Source: a virus (Duplodnaviria; Caudoviricetes). Taken from it: 52,698 bases of DNA. The notes beneath the pieces are model-generated. The model made no database searches and had not been told where the DNA came from. It worked only from the letters and a program-made list of their open reading frames with translations. Of this stretch, positions 35,977 to 45,867 are shown one piece after another (the first letter of the stretch is position 1; each line of letters opens with the position of its first letter). The DNA lies in the IMG/VR virus record IMGVR_UViG_3300017647_000006, positions 1-52,698 of that record; one strand, given 5' to 3'. A program made the translations under genes and the position numbers.

Positions 35977-36302
35977 AACCGTTCGTTCTGGACCAGAAGG
36001 TCACCTTGCAGCGCTTCACCGCGACGCAGGATGAATATGGCGAAGAGGTCCAGACGTGGGCCAATCTTGGCGACGAGCGGGCGAAGAAGTTTCAGGGCCG
36101 GGGTGACGAGCGACGGGCCGCCGCCCGCGAACAAGGGACAAAGGTCGCCACCTTCATGATGCACTCGAACAGCCGGACGCGCGGCCTGATGGTTCGGGAT
36201 CGCATCGTTCACGATGGAGCGAATTGGGACATAACCGATGTTTCGGATGGTTCGCCGCAACGCGGGTTCCTCGAAGTAACGGCAACGAGGGTCGTTGAGT
36301 AA
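35973..36302 (+). CDS. Head closure/head-tail adaptor
   Basis: LDQKVTLQR...DEYGE...W...DRIVHDG..WDI. Confidence 0.85.
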   Translation: MKPFVLDQKVTLQRFTATQDEYGEEVQTWANLGDERAKKFQGRGDERRAAAREQGTKVATFMMHSNSRTRGLMVRDRIVHDGANWDITDVSDGSPQRGFLEVTATRVVE

Positions 36303-36766
36303 TGGCACGGCAGACCTTCAGGACGGAAGGCTTCCGCGAACTCGAAAGGGCGCTCGCCGAGGACCTGCCGAGGGCCACCGCGCGCAACGTCCTTCGCCGC
36401 ACCGCCACGAAGTCGATGGAGCGCATCCGCACGAAGATGGAGCAACTGGCGCCGAAGGACGAAGGCGACCTCGCCGGAAGCATGAAAACCCAGAACGTCA
36501 CGGCCAAGCGCGCGCGGGGTTCGGTACGGTTCGAACGATCGACCGGGGTGCAGGTGATGACCGGTCCCGCTCCTGAAGGGAAATTGAACCGCTCGAACGC
36601 GGGCTGGCAGGAAGAAGGGACTGTGGAGATGTCTCCGAACCCCTACGCCCGCCCCGCGGCCGACAGTGAGGGTGAGGCGGTCGTTCGCGAAGTCCGCGAC
36701 ACGCTTGCAGACGAAGTGAAAAAGGCGAAGGCGCGCATCGCGCGGAAGCTGGCAAGGGGTCGGTAA
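36302..36766 (+). CDS. HK97 gp10-like tail component
   Basis: GFRELERAL, AP...GDL, EEGT..M.PNPYARPA. Confidence 0.8.
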   Translation: MARQTFRTEGFRELERALAEDLPRATARNVLRRTATKSMERIRTKMEQLAPKDEGDLAGSMKTQNVTAKRARGSVRFERSTGVQVMTGPAPEGKLNRSNAGWQEEGTVEMSPNPYARPAADSEGEAVVREVRDTLADEVKKAKARIARKLARGR

Positions 36767-36767
36767 G

Positions 36768-37172
36768 ATGGCTGACCTTGCAACTGCCTTTCGCAATCGC
36801 CTCATCGCCGATTCCGCCGTCGCCGCCGTCGTCTCGACCCGCATTTATTGGGGCGTCGTTCCGCAAGGCGCTGCCCTGCCCTACGTCCGGTTGCATATCA
36901 TCAGCGACCCGCGACCCGAGCACCTGAAGGGCTATCAGGGATCGCGACGGACGCGCATTCAGGCCAGTTGCTTCGCCTCGTCGTTTGGAGTGGCAAAGCA
37001 GCTCGGAACGAAGATTGTTCAGGCAGTCAGCGCCCCTTGGTCGGCAACAGGGGGCCGGGTCGGCCGCGTCAAATGCGAAGGCCCGCGCGAAGGTCAAGGC
37101 ACCGACACGCCGAATGGATTCATCCATCACCAGATCGTGGAAGCGATGATGGAGCACACCTTTCAAGATTGA
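36768..37172 (+). CDS. Tail terminator (DUF3168-like)
   Basis: RIY....PQ....PYV, RIQ motif, position. Confidence 0.8.
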   Translation: MADLATAFRNRLIADSAVAAVVSTRIYWGVVPQGAALPYVRLHIISDPRPEHLKGYQGSRRTRIQASCFASSFGVAKQLGTKIVQAVSAPWSATGGRVGRVKCEGPREGQGTDTPNGFIHHQIVEAMMEHTFQD

Positions 37173-37292
37173 GATTCGCGCCAGCTTGGACCGGCTGGCC
37201 GTGCATCACTTAGGTCCGTTCGTTCAACCCGAGATTCCGCGTCGTGATGACGCCGAGTCCCAGACCCTTCGGGGCAAGATGGAATTTTTATC

Positions 37293-37748
37293 ATGGCAGA
37301 AACGGCTGAAGCCTCGGTGGGCTACTTCGGCGAGTTCCACCTGTCGTCCGATGCGACGGCGGGCAATCTTTACGAACTGGTGCAGGTCAAGGAATTCGAT
37401 GTCCCGACTGGTGGCACCCGCGAACAGGTCGAGGCGACGCACCTGAAATCGCCCGACTGGCGTCGCGAATATCTGAGCGGCTTCTATGAGGACAGCGACT
37501 TTGAAGTCCTGCTGAACTTCCGCCCGCTCAGCGACACCGACGTGATGCTCGAAGGCGCGCTGAAGGACGGCGATGTTCGCGCGTTCAAAGCGGTCCTGCC
37601 CGAAAACGGCGAGCCCGTCGCGCAGATCGAAGGCACCTGCAAGTGCACCGGCTATTCGCGCGGTCGGGTTACTCCTGACGGCGTGATGGAAGCGACCGCG
37701 ACCTTCCGGATCGTCACGGTTGAGGACATCGAGGCATACGTCTCGTGA
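37293..37748 (+). CDS. Major tail tube protein
   Basis: VEATHLKSPD..REYLSG motif, acidic, position. Confidence 0.85.
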   Translation: MAETAEASVGYFGEFHLSSDATAGNLYELVQVKEFDVPTGGTREQVEATHLKSPDWRREYLSGFYEDSDFEVLLNFRPLSDTDVMLEGALKDGDVRAFKAVLPENGEPVAQIEGTCKCTGYSRGRVTPDGVMEATATFRIVTVEDIEAYVS

Positions 37749-38170
37749 CGGCCAACCCGATGAAGGGCGAAACGCTCCTGAAGCTGAGCGACGGGCGAGA
37801 ATTCACGCTCGTCTCCGGCTTCAGGGCTTTCGTCATTGCCGAGCGGACATATGGCGCGCCGATCGAGAAGATCCAGGCCGATGCGCAGGCGGGATTTCTC
37901 AGCGCGGGCGCGACGATCTTCCATGCGATGCTGGCCGTGAAGCACCCCGAAATCACGCTCGAAGACGCCGGGGAAATCCTGTTCGCCGAACAGGCGGCGG
38001 TGATGGAGGCAGTGGGGCAAGCGGTTGAGAACGGCGCCCCGACAAGGAAATCGGGGGATAGGAAGCCGGGAAACGCCGCGACGGCTGGGACGACTTCTGG
38101 TCGCAATGGTGTGAAGCGGGGCTCCCTCAAGACGAATTCTGGGACCAAACGCCCCGCACGTTCGAGATAG
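37745..38170 (+). CDS. Tail assembly chaperone (G)
   Basis: ANPMKGE start, between tail tube and tape measure, contains slippery G GGA AAC. Confidence 0.8.
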   Translation: MTANPMKGETLLKLSDGREFTLVSGFRAFVIAERTYGAPIEKIQADAQAGFLSAGATIFHAMLAVKHPEITLEDAGEILFAEQAAVMEAVGQAVENGAPTRKSGDRKPGNAATAGTTSGRNGVKRGSLKTNSGTKRPARSR

Positions 38171-38358
38171 CCGTATCCGCGGCGTTTCGGCGCGACCGGA
38201 ACATGGCGATTTCGACCGGTTACTACGCGGCGGTTTTCTCGGGCCAGAAGCGCCTCAAGTCGCTCTCCGAATATCTCCAGACCGATGAGGAGCGCCGCAA
38301 AGACGGCGTTCGGAAGATGATCGCATTGGCCAAGTCCAAAGTAAAAAAGAAGGGGTGA
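38068..38358 (+). CDS. Tail assembly chaperone -1 frameshift extension (GT)
   Basis: GGGAAAC at 38068-38074. The -1 frame is open to TGA 38358: KRRDGWDDFWSQWCEAGLPQDEFWDQTPRTF... Confidence 0.8.
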   Translation, partial: GKRRDGWDDFWSQWCEAGLPQDEFWDQTPRTFEIAVSAAFRRDRNMAISTGYYAAVFSGQKRLKSLSEYLQTDEERRKDGVRKMIALAKSKVKKKG

Positions 38359-38361
38359 GCG

Positions 38362-41300
38362 ATGGCTGGCATGGCTGATGTTATCTCCAGACTGGCGGTT
38401 TTTCTCGAGTTAAATACTGTCGCGTTTGAGAAGGGCACCGATCTCGCCGGCAAGAGCCTCAAGCGGATGGAGCGCGATTTCGAGCGCTCGGGAAAGAAGC
38501 TGCAGGAGCTCGGCAAGAAGCTGACGCTCGCCATCTCGGCCCCGGTCGCGGCGGCCGGGGTGGCGGTCGTCAAGATGGCGGGCGACTTTGAAAAGTCGAT
38601 GATCCAGCTCGGCATCTCGTCACAGGCGAGCGCCGATCAACTCAAGCAGATGTCCGACCTCGCCCTGAAGCTGGGCAAGGATACGATCTTCGGCGCGTCT
38701 GATGCCGCGAACGCGATGGACGAGCTCGCGAAAAGCGGTCTCAGCGCGACGGAAATCCTGAACGGGGCAGCGGAGGCGACGGTTTACCTCGCCACCGCGA
38801 CGGGATCGGAACTCTCGCCCGCCGCCAATGCGATCACCGACTCCATGAAGCAATTCGGGCTGACCACGGCTCAATTGCCCACGGCGATCAACCAGATCAC
38901 GGGCGCGGTGAACGAGTCCAAGCTGGACTTCGCCGACTATGCGCTCGCGATCGGTCAGGCTGGCGGCGTTGCCGGCGGTCTCGGGGTCGACTTCACCGAC
39001 TTCAACACGGTTCTTGCCGCAACGTCATCGCTGTTCGCGTCGGGCTCGGACGCCGGCACGTCGTTCAAGACGTTCCTGACCTCGCTTTCCGGCAACAGCA
39101 AGCAGGCTCAAAAGGCGATCGCTGCCTTTGGTCTCCAGTTCTATGAGGCCAACGGCAATCTTCGCTCGATGGCCGAAATTGCCGAGGAATTGCGCCAGAA
39201 GCTCGGCGGCCTCAGTGATCAGGCCAAGACCGATGTCCTGAAGCGGATATTCGGCACCGACGCGATGCGAACCGCCATCGGCTTGATGAACCAAGGCGCC
39301 GATGGGCTGGACCGCGTTGCGGAAGCCATCCGCAAGACCGACGCTGCAGCTCAGTCGGCCGAGCGGATGAAGGGCTTTTATGGCCAGCTTGAAAACCTCA
39401 AGGGCGCGATTGAAACGCTCGCCATCCGCGTCGGGCAGTCGGGGGTTCTCGAAGCGGTAACGGCGCTGGTCACGAAGATCGGCGACCTCATTGACTGGAT
39501 GTCGGGGGCCAGCCCAACGGTCCTTAGGTTCTCTGCGCTGATTGCTGGCATTGCCGCTGTCGTTGGGCCGACCATTTATGCGATCGGATTGGTCCGCGCC
39601 TCATTGGCGCCGCTATTCGTGCTTCTGACGGCCCGCATCATCCCCGCCTTTACCGCTTTCGCGTGGCAACTGGCTGCGATCGCCACGACGGCCGGACCCG
39701 CTGCCGCCGCAATGCGCTTGCTCGCCGTGGCGCTGCGAGGCTTGCTGATTGCGACGGGTGTCGGGGCCGCGATCGCGGTGGTCGTCGCTGTTCTCGATCG
39801 CCTCATCTTCGGATCGGACAAAGCGCGCGAGGCAACCGAAAAACTGAATCGGCAGTATGGAGAATCCCAGACCCAACTCGACGGCATGATCGCCAAGCTG
39901 CGAGCCGCTGGCGTATCGACCGATGACCTTGCCCGAATAAGTGAAATTGCGGCGGGCCGAGTAGACAAGCTGGCCAAAAAATATCAGCGAGCGTCTGTCG
40001 AAGCGCACAAAATGGCCACCGAAATTTCCAAGGCCACAATTGCGTTGCTGGCACAGGCAGCCGCGGCTGGCGCAGCCGGAAAAGCGGATGCCGATCGGGC
40101 CAGCCTTGAGTTGCAGGCAGAGAGGCGCAACCAAAGGCGGCGCGAAGGCTTTGTCGGCCTCTTCGGGGGGAGCGGTGACCCGGATCGCGCATCGGCAGAC
40201 CGGATTGCCGCCTTGGAGAAGCGCATCGAAGATGGAAGGGCAGAACAGAACCGCGCAAACGCCATCCAGGAGGCCGCGTTAATTGCGTTTAATCGCAAGA
40301 TTTCGCTTGCGGATAGCCCGAGCCCCGCCAGCGGCTCACCTGTCAGCGGCACAGGCTTCGGCGACGGCGAAGGCTCGAGCACCAAGCGGGGACCAAGGGA
40401 TCGTACCGACGAACTGGCCGCCCGCGCCGCGCAGGATCGTTATAACCTCGAAATCGAGCAGCTGCGCGCACAGGCTGCGCTCACGACCGACGTTGAGGCC
40501 CGCGCCGAGTTTGAGCGCCAGATCCTCGGGAAGGAGCGCGAGACGCGCTACGCCGAGCTAGACGCCGCGGTAAAGTCAGGAGAACTCACGAAGGCACAAG
40601 CCGACGCGCAGCGCGAAATACTGCGCGCGCTCTATGGGCGGGCCAATGCCGAACGTGATGCCGAAAGCATCGAAGCGGCCACGAACAAGTCGCTCTATGA
40701 CCAGAAGCTGGAGCAGGAACTCAGGCTTCAGCTGTTCGAGGACGCCAATGATTTGGCGGAAGAGCGTCACCGCGCCGACATCGATGCGCTGCGCAACCAG
40801 TTCGACCTTGCCGACACCGACGCGGAACGAAAGGATATCGCGCTTCGGATACTCGACGCCGAGGACGCCTACCTGCGGTCGAAGCTGGAATCGGTCATCG
40901 CGAACAAGGACCTTGCCAAGGCGGTTCGCGATCAGGCCGAGATTGCGCTCAACGCGCTGAATGCCTCGGCCGGGGCTCGTCGAGAGGTCGTGTCGCGCCA
41001 GAACGAAACGGCATCCGAGCGGTATCTCCGAGACCTCAACAAGACACCGGCCCAGATCAACGAGGCGATCGAGGCGATCAAGATCGACGGGCTTCAGGCG
41101 CTCAACAACCAGATCGCCGACGCCATCGTCAACTTCAAGTCGATGGGCGATGTCTTCGCGAACGTCATCAAGCAGATGATCGCCGACCTGATCCGGCTAC
41201 AACTGCAAAAGTCTCTGATCGCGCCGCTCGCCAAGTTTCTCGGCTTGGGGGATAGCTCGACCCCCGGCCTTGGATCGCTGGGCAGCTCCATCGCGAAGAT

Positions 41301-41616
41301 CGGCAACGCGCTCGGCGGCATCAAGGGCATCGGCAAGAACGCGAACGGGACGAGCTTCTGGCGAGGCGGGCCGACGCTGGTCGGCGAGCGTGGACCCGAG
41401 CTGGTCGACCTGCCTCGCGGTGCGCGCGTGACGCCGAATAGCGACCTCGGGGGGCTCGGGGGGCTCGGGGGCGGCAAGGTCGAGATTGTCCCGTCGCCTT
41501 ACTTCGATGTCGTCGTCGATGGCCGCGTGCTGCGCGCGGCTCCCGGCATCGCTCAGGCCGGCGCCCAAGTCGGGCTGGCCCGCATGCAATATGCTCAATC
41601 TCGTCGGTGGCGATAA
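38362..41616 (+). CDS. Tape measure protein
   Basis: 1084 aa, Ala-rich, TP901-type core (GSDAGTSFKT, IFGTDA), C-terminal GGPTLVGERGPEL. Confidence 0.93.
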   Translation: MAGMADVISRLAVFLELNTVAFEKGTDLAGKSLKRMERDFERSGKKLQELGKKLTLAISAPVAAAGVAVVKMAGDFEKSMIQLGISSQASADQLKQMSDLALKLGKDTIFGASDAANAMDELAKSGLSATEILNGAAEATVYLATATGSELSPAANAITDSMKQFGLTTAQLPTAINQITGAVNESKLDFADYALAIGQAGGVAGGLGVDFTDFNTVLAATSSLFASGSDAGTSFKTFLTSLSGNSKQAQKAIAAFGLQFYEANGNLRSMAEIAEELRQKLGGLSDQAKTDVLKRIFGTDAMRTAIGLMNQGADGLDRVAEAIRKTDAAAQSAERMKGFYGQLENLKGAIETLAIRVGQSGVLEAVTALVTKIGDLIDWMSGASPTVLRFSALIAGIAAVVGPTIYAIGLVRASLAPLFVLLTARIIPAFTAFAWQLAAIATTAGPAAAAMRLLAVALRGLLIATGVGAAIAVVVAVLDRLIFGSDKAREATEKLNRQYGESQTQLDGMIAKLRAAGVSTDDLARISEIAAGRVDKLAKKYQRASVEAHKMATEISKATIALLAQAAAAGAAGKADADRASLELQAERRNQRRREGFVGLFGGSGDPDRASADRIAALEKRIEDGRAEQNRANAIQEAALIAFNRKISLADSPSPASGSPVSGTGFGDGEGSSTKRGPRDRTDELAARAAQDRYNLEIEQLRAQAALTTDVEARAEFERQILGKERETRYAELDAAVKSGELTKAQADAQREILRALYGRANAERDAESIEAATNKSLYDQKLEQELRLQLFEDANDLAEERHRADIDALRNQFDLADTDAERKDIALRILDAEDAYLRSKLESVIANKDLAKAVRDQAEIALNALNASAGARREVVSRQNETASERYLRDLNKTPAQINEAIEAIKIDGLQALNNQIADAIVNFKSMGDVFANVIKQMIADLIRLQLQKSLIAPLAKFLGLGDSSTPGLGSLGSSIAKIGNALGGIKGIGKNANGTSFWRGGPTLVGERGPELVDLPRGARVTPNSDLGGLGGLGGGKVEIVPSPYFDVVVDGRVLRAAPGIAQAGAQVGLARMQYAQSRRWR

Positions 41617-41619
41617 ACG

Positions 41620-42213
41620 ATGATCGAACTTCCTACCGACCCGGCGCCGAACGGCGTCCAACCGACCCTGCTCGATTTCGGGATGAACCTTCGCCCTTCG
41701 ACGGGGGCCGCGGTTCTTCGGGTTGACCGCAAAGGCTCGCGCTATCGCCTTCAGGTTTCGCTCCCGCCGATGCTGCCGAGCGTGTCGCGGATATTCGTCT
41801 CCCGGTTGCTCAAGGCCAAGCGCGAGGGGCTACGCATAGAGTATCCGCTGATCGACGTGCCGCAGGGCGCTCCGGGAAGCCCTGTCGTGGACGGCGCGGG
41901 GCAGACAGGCACCTCGCTCGCCATTCGCGGCCTGACGCCCGGATACGCGGCCAAGGAAGGCTATTGGCTGTCGATCGAGGATGAGAACGGCCAGCACTAC
42001 CTCCACAACGTCAGCGAGACGGCGCGGGCGGATGGAAGCGGTGAGGCCACGCTGAACATCACACCCGAACTTCGCGCCCCCTTTCTGGACGGGGCGACGG
42101 TCCACCTCGCGAAGCCGATGGTCGAAGGATTTGTCGACGGCAATGAATGGTCGTGGACGATCCCGGCCAACAAGCTGGTCGCGATCGAGTTTACCTTGGA
42201 GGAAGCGGCGTGA
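41620..42213 (+). CDS. Distal tail protein-like
   Basis: Directly after the tape measure gene, beta-rich, ends FTLEEAA. Confidence 0.7.
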   Translation: MIELPTDPAPNGVQPTLLDFGMNLRPSTGAAVLRVDRKGSRYRLQVSLPPMLPSVSRIFVSRLLKAKREGLRIEYPLIDVPQGAPGSPVVDGAGQTGTSLAIRGLTPGYAAKEGYWLSIEDENGQHYLHNVSETARADGSGEATLNITPELRAPFLDGATVHLAKPMVEGFVDGNEWSWTIPANKLVAIEFTLEEAA

Positions 42214-42812
42214 GGCGGGTCGGTCTGATCGGTCTCTGCAAGATCGAACTCCCCGGCAGCTATGGCAACGTCCTGCTCTGCGATGGCGGGTTCGTCACGT
42301 TCAACGGCGAAACCTATCGCTCGAAGGATGCTGTTTTCGGGACGATCGGCAGTATTCAGGCGATGGCGGAAGGGGTCGGCAACGAGGTTCCGGCGCTGGA
42401 AATGACGCTCCTGCCTCCCGGTGACACAACGCCGGGGGAAATGTCGCAGCCCGGCTTTCAAACCTCGCGCGTCCGCTTCTGGATTGGCGAATATGACGTG
42501 GATACCGGGACGCTCGACGGAACGCCCGATATCGTTTTCGACGGCCAGCTCGACCGCACGATGCTGACTGTCGGGGCCTCGCGGGAACTTGCTGTTTCCG
42601 TCGTCTCGCTCGCCGAACGGTTGTTCGAACTCAACATCGGCAACTCGCTCAGCCCGAACTTCCACAAGTCGGTTTGGCCCGGTGAGCTTGGCCACGACAA
42701 CGCCTCGGGCCTGTCGATCCCGGTTGCTTGGGGTGTCGAAAGCCCGCGGTCCACTCCGGGAACGACGAGCCCCTATCACTCGCCCCGCGACTTCCGGGAG
42801 CATCTGATATGA
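42210..42812 (+). CDS. Minor tail protein
   Basis: GTG start overlapping the previous stop, FNGETY and FDGQLD motifs, position. Confidence 0.7.
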   Translation: MRRVGLIGLCKIELPGSYGNVLLCDGGFVTFNGETYRSKDAVFGTIGSIQAMAEGVGNEVPALEMTLLPPGDTTPGEMSQPGFQTSRVRFWIGEYDVDTGTLDGTPDIVFDGQLDRTMLTVGASRELAVSVVSLAERLFELNIGNSLSPNFHKSVWPGELGHDNASGLSIPVAWGVESPRSTPGTTSPYHSPRDFREHLI

Positions 42813-43273
42813 GGACGCTCGAGGAACGCCGCGAAGCATTGAAGCGGCGCGGAAAACTGCCCGAACTCGAACGCCGGAAAGAGGCGACACAGGCGACGCT
42901 CGACAAGTTCAAGGGCCAGCCCTTCGATTGGGGCGAGGGTCGGCATTGCGTCCGCCTCGCCCATTATCATTTGCGCCAGATGGGGCGGAAGCCGCCGACC
43001 CTGCCGCGCATCCGTTCGGCGCTGGCGGCCAAGAAGGCCTTGAAAGAACGCGGCTGGGAATCGGTCGGCGACATGCTGGACAGCATCCTTGTGCGCATCC
43101 CGCCTGCAATGATGCTGACGGGGGATATTTGCATCACGCCGGGCGACCAAGGACTGGACTCGGTGCTGATCTTTGTCGGCCCGAGAAAGCTGCTCGGGTG
43201 GCTCCCCGATGGGAGCGCGGTCGTGATCTATGATGCTGGGGTCGAAGATCTGACGGGGGCTTGGCGAGTATGA
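42809..43273 (+). CDS. NlpC/P60-like tail-associated protein
   Basis: PFDWG..RHCV motif, GDI, terminal AWRV. Confidence 0.7.
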   Translation: MRTLEERREALKRRGKLPELERRKEATQATLDKFKGQPFDWGEGRHCVRLAHYHLRQMGRKPPTLPRIRSALAAKKALKERGWESVGDMLDSILVRIPPAMMLTGDICITPGDQGLDSVLIFVGPRKLLGWLPDGSAVVIYDAGVEDLTGAWRV

Positions 43274-45435
43274 GCAAGCCGCTGAACATCCTCGGAAAAG
43301 TGGCTGGGATTGTCGCATTAATACCTGGCCCTTGGCAGGTTCCTGCCGCGATTATCGCCGCCACCGCGACGATCGGATCGCAGGTTCTCGCAAAACCGCC
43401 GCCAGCCCGAGGCTCGGTCACGCAGCTCATCGTTGAGGCCAACGCGCCGCAGCCCTATGTCATGGGAGGCTGTCACTTCGCCGGCGTCCTTCGCCATAGG
43501 GCGGGGTACGGCGGCAAGGTCGACAAGGTTCAGAACCCCTATCTGTTCGACGCGGTGGTCTATTCGGGCGGCGGGCCAGTCCAGAGCATCTCGCCACGGG
43601 TCGACTTCGCTGCGGTGTCCAGCTGGTACACGGGATTTCTCTACACCGACACGCAACTGGGAGCCTGCCCGGAGAGCAGCGCGCTATCGCCGCAATGGGC
43701 GGGAACGCCGGGATGGAGCGCGAGCCACAAGCTATCTGGACAGGCGGCGATCGGCTGGTCCTACCGGTTCGACAAGAAGGGCAAGAAGTTCGCGAACGGC
43801 CTGCCGGTCACCGGCGCCTATCTCGAAGGGGTCAAGGTCTATGACCCGCGACTGGACAGCACGTTTCCGGGCGGCTCGGGCAGTTGCAGGCTCGGCAATG
43901 AAGCGACCTATGTCTATTCGGAGAACCCCGCCCTCCATGCCGGTACCTATGCCTATGGGCGCTACCAGAACGGCAAGCGAACCTTCGGCATCGGACTGCC
44001 CGCGGACGGCATAGACTGGGCGGTCGTCGCGGCCTGGGCGAATGTCTGCGAAGCGAACGGCTGGACGATTTCCGGGGTCTGTTTCGAACCCGGTGACCGC
44101 GCGCAGAACCTGATAGACATTTGCGCGGCGGGCTCGGGCGAGCCTGTGCCGGGCGGCATCCTGTCCTTCCGCTATGACGCGCCCGCGGTGGCGCTCGACA
44201 CCATCACCGAAGAGGACATCGCCGACGGAAACATGAGCGTGGTCGCGATGCAGTCCTATCGCGACCGGCTCAACACGATCATCCCGAAATATCGGAGCCC
44301 CAGCCACAACTGGGAATTGACGCAGGCCGACGCGGTGACGGTGTCGGAATATGTGACCGAGGACGGCGAAGAACGCTCGGCGGAATGGCCGTTCAACTTC
44401 GTGAAGGACGTCGACCAGGCTGCTCAGCTGGCAGCCTATCGCTTGGTCAACGGGCGCGAACTGCATCCGATCGAACTGCCGTGCATGCCGCGGCTTCGCG
44501 CCTATCGCCCCGGCGAATGCCTGCATCTCGATCTTCCGCAGCTCGGGCTCGATACTGACGCGATTATTCTCAACCGGGAAATCGATCCGGCCACGATGAC
44601 GGTCAAGCTGACGCTGATCGGCGAGACGCCGGCGAAGCACGCCTATGCCCTCGGTGAGACGGGCGTTGCGCCTCCGACGCCCGCGCTGGGGCAGACGCCG
44701 CAAGAGCGCGACGAAACCTCGGCCGGCGCGCGCCGCGGTGCCGCCTATCGTTTTGCGACCAAGACGGTGAACTATCCGCTGTCGAGCGACGAGGACAGCA
44801 TCTCTATTGAGGCCTTCTCTGGCGTGCTGACAAACGCGGTTCCGCTTTCGCTGCCTGCCGACACGATCCCGTACCTCGATTCGCTGACGACGTACGGCGT
44901 TTTCTGGGATCTGGACGCTGAAGAGTATTTGGCGACCGAATGGCCCTCCGAAGACGAGATGAGCTCATCGGATTATGTTTTCCTCGGATATCAGAACACC
45001 GCCGGCGAAGGTGGTGTGTATCCGGACCCCGACCCGCCGCCGCCCGGCCGCTGCGTCGCTGATGACACGCCGATCCTGCTTGCCGATGGCACGTCGATCC
45101 CGGCTGGCGATCTGGTTCCCGGAACGGTCCTGCGAACCCGCCACGAAACGACGATGGCATGGGGCAATTGGCCGGTGCTGGCGATTTCCTTCTCGGATGA
45201 GCCGGTATTCGCGTGCGAACTCGACGGCGATGAAGGACCGGTTACCATCCGCGCAACGGCGGATCATCGGTTCCTGGTCAACAATCGCTGGGTCAGGGCG
45301 AGGGAAATCGGCGTTCCCGATGGAACGGCGCGGGTCGCCAAGATCACTGTCGCCGACGCGCACACCTACATTTCGAATGGCGTGATCAGCCACAACGCGA
45401 AAGCATACGACCCCGACGACGGCGGCATTGTTTAG
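43270..45435 (+). CDS. Tail tip/host-specificity protein (J-like) with C-terminal Hint domain
   Basis: GVKVYDPR, YSENPAL and LRAYRPGE tail-tip motifs. C-terminal CVADDTPILLADG...TADH...NGVISHN. Confidence 0.85.
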   Translation: MSKPLNILGKVAGIVALIPGPWQVPAAIIAATATIGSQVLAKPPPARGSVTQLIVEANAPQPYVMGGCHFAGVLRHRAGYGGKVDKVQNPYLFDAVVYSGGGPVQSISPRVDFAAVSSWYTGFLYTDTQLGACPESSALSPQWAGTPGWSASHKLSGQAAIGWSYRFDKKGKKFANGLPVTGAYLEGVKVYDPRLDSTFPGGSGSCRLGNEATYVYSENPALHAGTYAYGRYQNGKRTFGIGLPADGIDWAVVAAWANVCEANGWTISGVCFEPGDRAQNLIDICAAGSGEPVPGGILSFRYDAPAVALDTITEEDIADGNMSVVAMQSYRDRLNTIIPKYRSPSHNWELTQADAVTVSEYVTEDGEERSAEWPFNFVKDVDQAAQLAAYRLVNGRELHPIELPCMPRLRAYRPGECLHLDLPQLGLDTDAIILNREIDPATMTVKLTLIGETPAKHAYALGETGVAPPTPALGQTPQERDETSAGARRGAAYRFATKTVNYPLSSDEDSISIEAFSGVLTNAVPLSLPADTIPYLDSLTTYGVFWDLDAEEYLATEWPSEDEMSSSDYVFLGYQNTAGEGGVYPDPDPPPPGRCVADDTPILLADGTSIPAGDLVPGTVLRTRHETTMAWGNWPVLAISFSDEPVFACELDGDEGPVTIRATADHRFLVNNRWVRAREIGVPDGTARVAKITVADAHTYISNGVISHNAKAYDPDDGGIV

Positions 45436-45444
45436 GAGCATGAA

Positions 45445-45867
45445 ATGACAGCTTGGGATGACTGGCTGCGGAAGCTCTCCGCGGACGGCAAGGGTGGGCT
45501 CGGCCTTCAGGGCAAGCCGCAGGTGCGCGCGATCGACCGCGGGTTGCCCTATGTCTACGTGCTCGCGGTAGGCATGGACGTGAGCGCTGACACCTTCGAT
45601 GCGTCCATCCGCGCGGCTCCCGATGCGGCAGGGGCGACCCTCGCCGATTTCGATGTGACGGTCGGCTCCTACGCCGATGGGGTCACGACGATCACGCTCG
45701 AACTGACCGATACCCAAACTGCGGCCCTTCCTTCGGACGGCGACGCGGACGGGCTTGAGGAAATGGTTTTCGACATTCTCTGGACGCCCAGCGGCGGAAC
45801 CCAGCAGCGGTTCATGGCTGGCATAATTCAGGTTTCTGGGAAGGTGACCGATGGCAGCGGATCTTAA
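45445..45867 (+). CDS. Tail/baseplate adaptor-like protein
   Basis: Beta-rich 140 aa, ITLELTDTQTAALP...FDIL, before the tail spike. Confidence 0.6.
   Translation: MTAWDDWLRKLSADGKGGLGLQGKPQVRAIDRGLPYVYVLAVGMDVSADTFDASIRAAPDAAGATLADFDVTVGSYADGVTTITLELTDTQTAALPSDGDADGLEEMVFDILWTPSGGTQQRFMAGIIQVSGKVTDGSGS

Noticed and set aside
41447-41472. Short tandem CTCGGGGGG repeat in the tape measure gene
   Set aside because: It is an in-frame 9-nt repeat encoding an LGG linker, with no evidence of phase variation.
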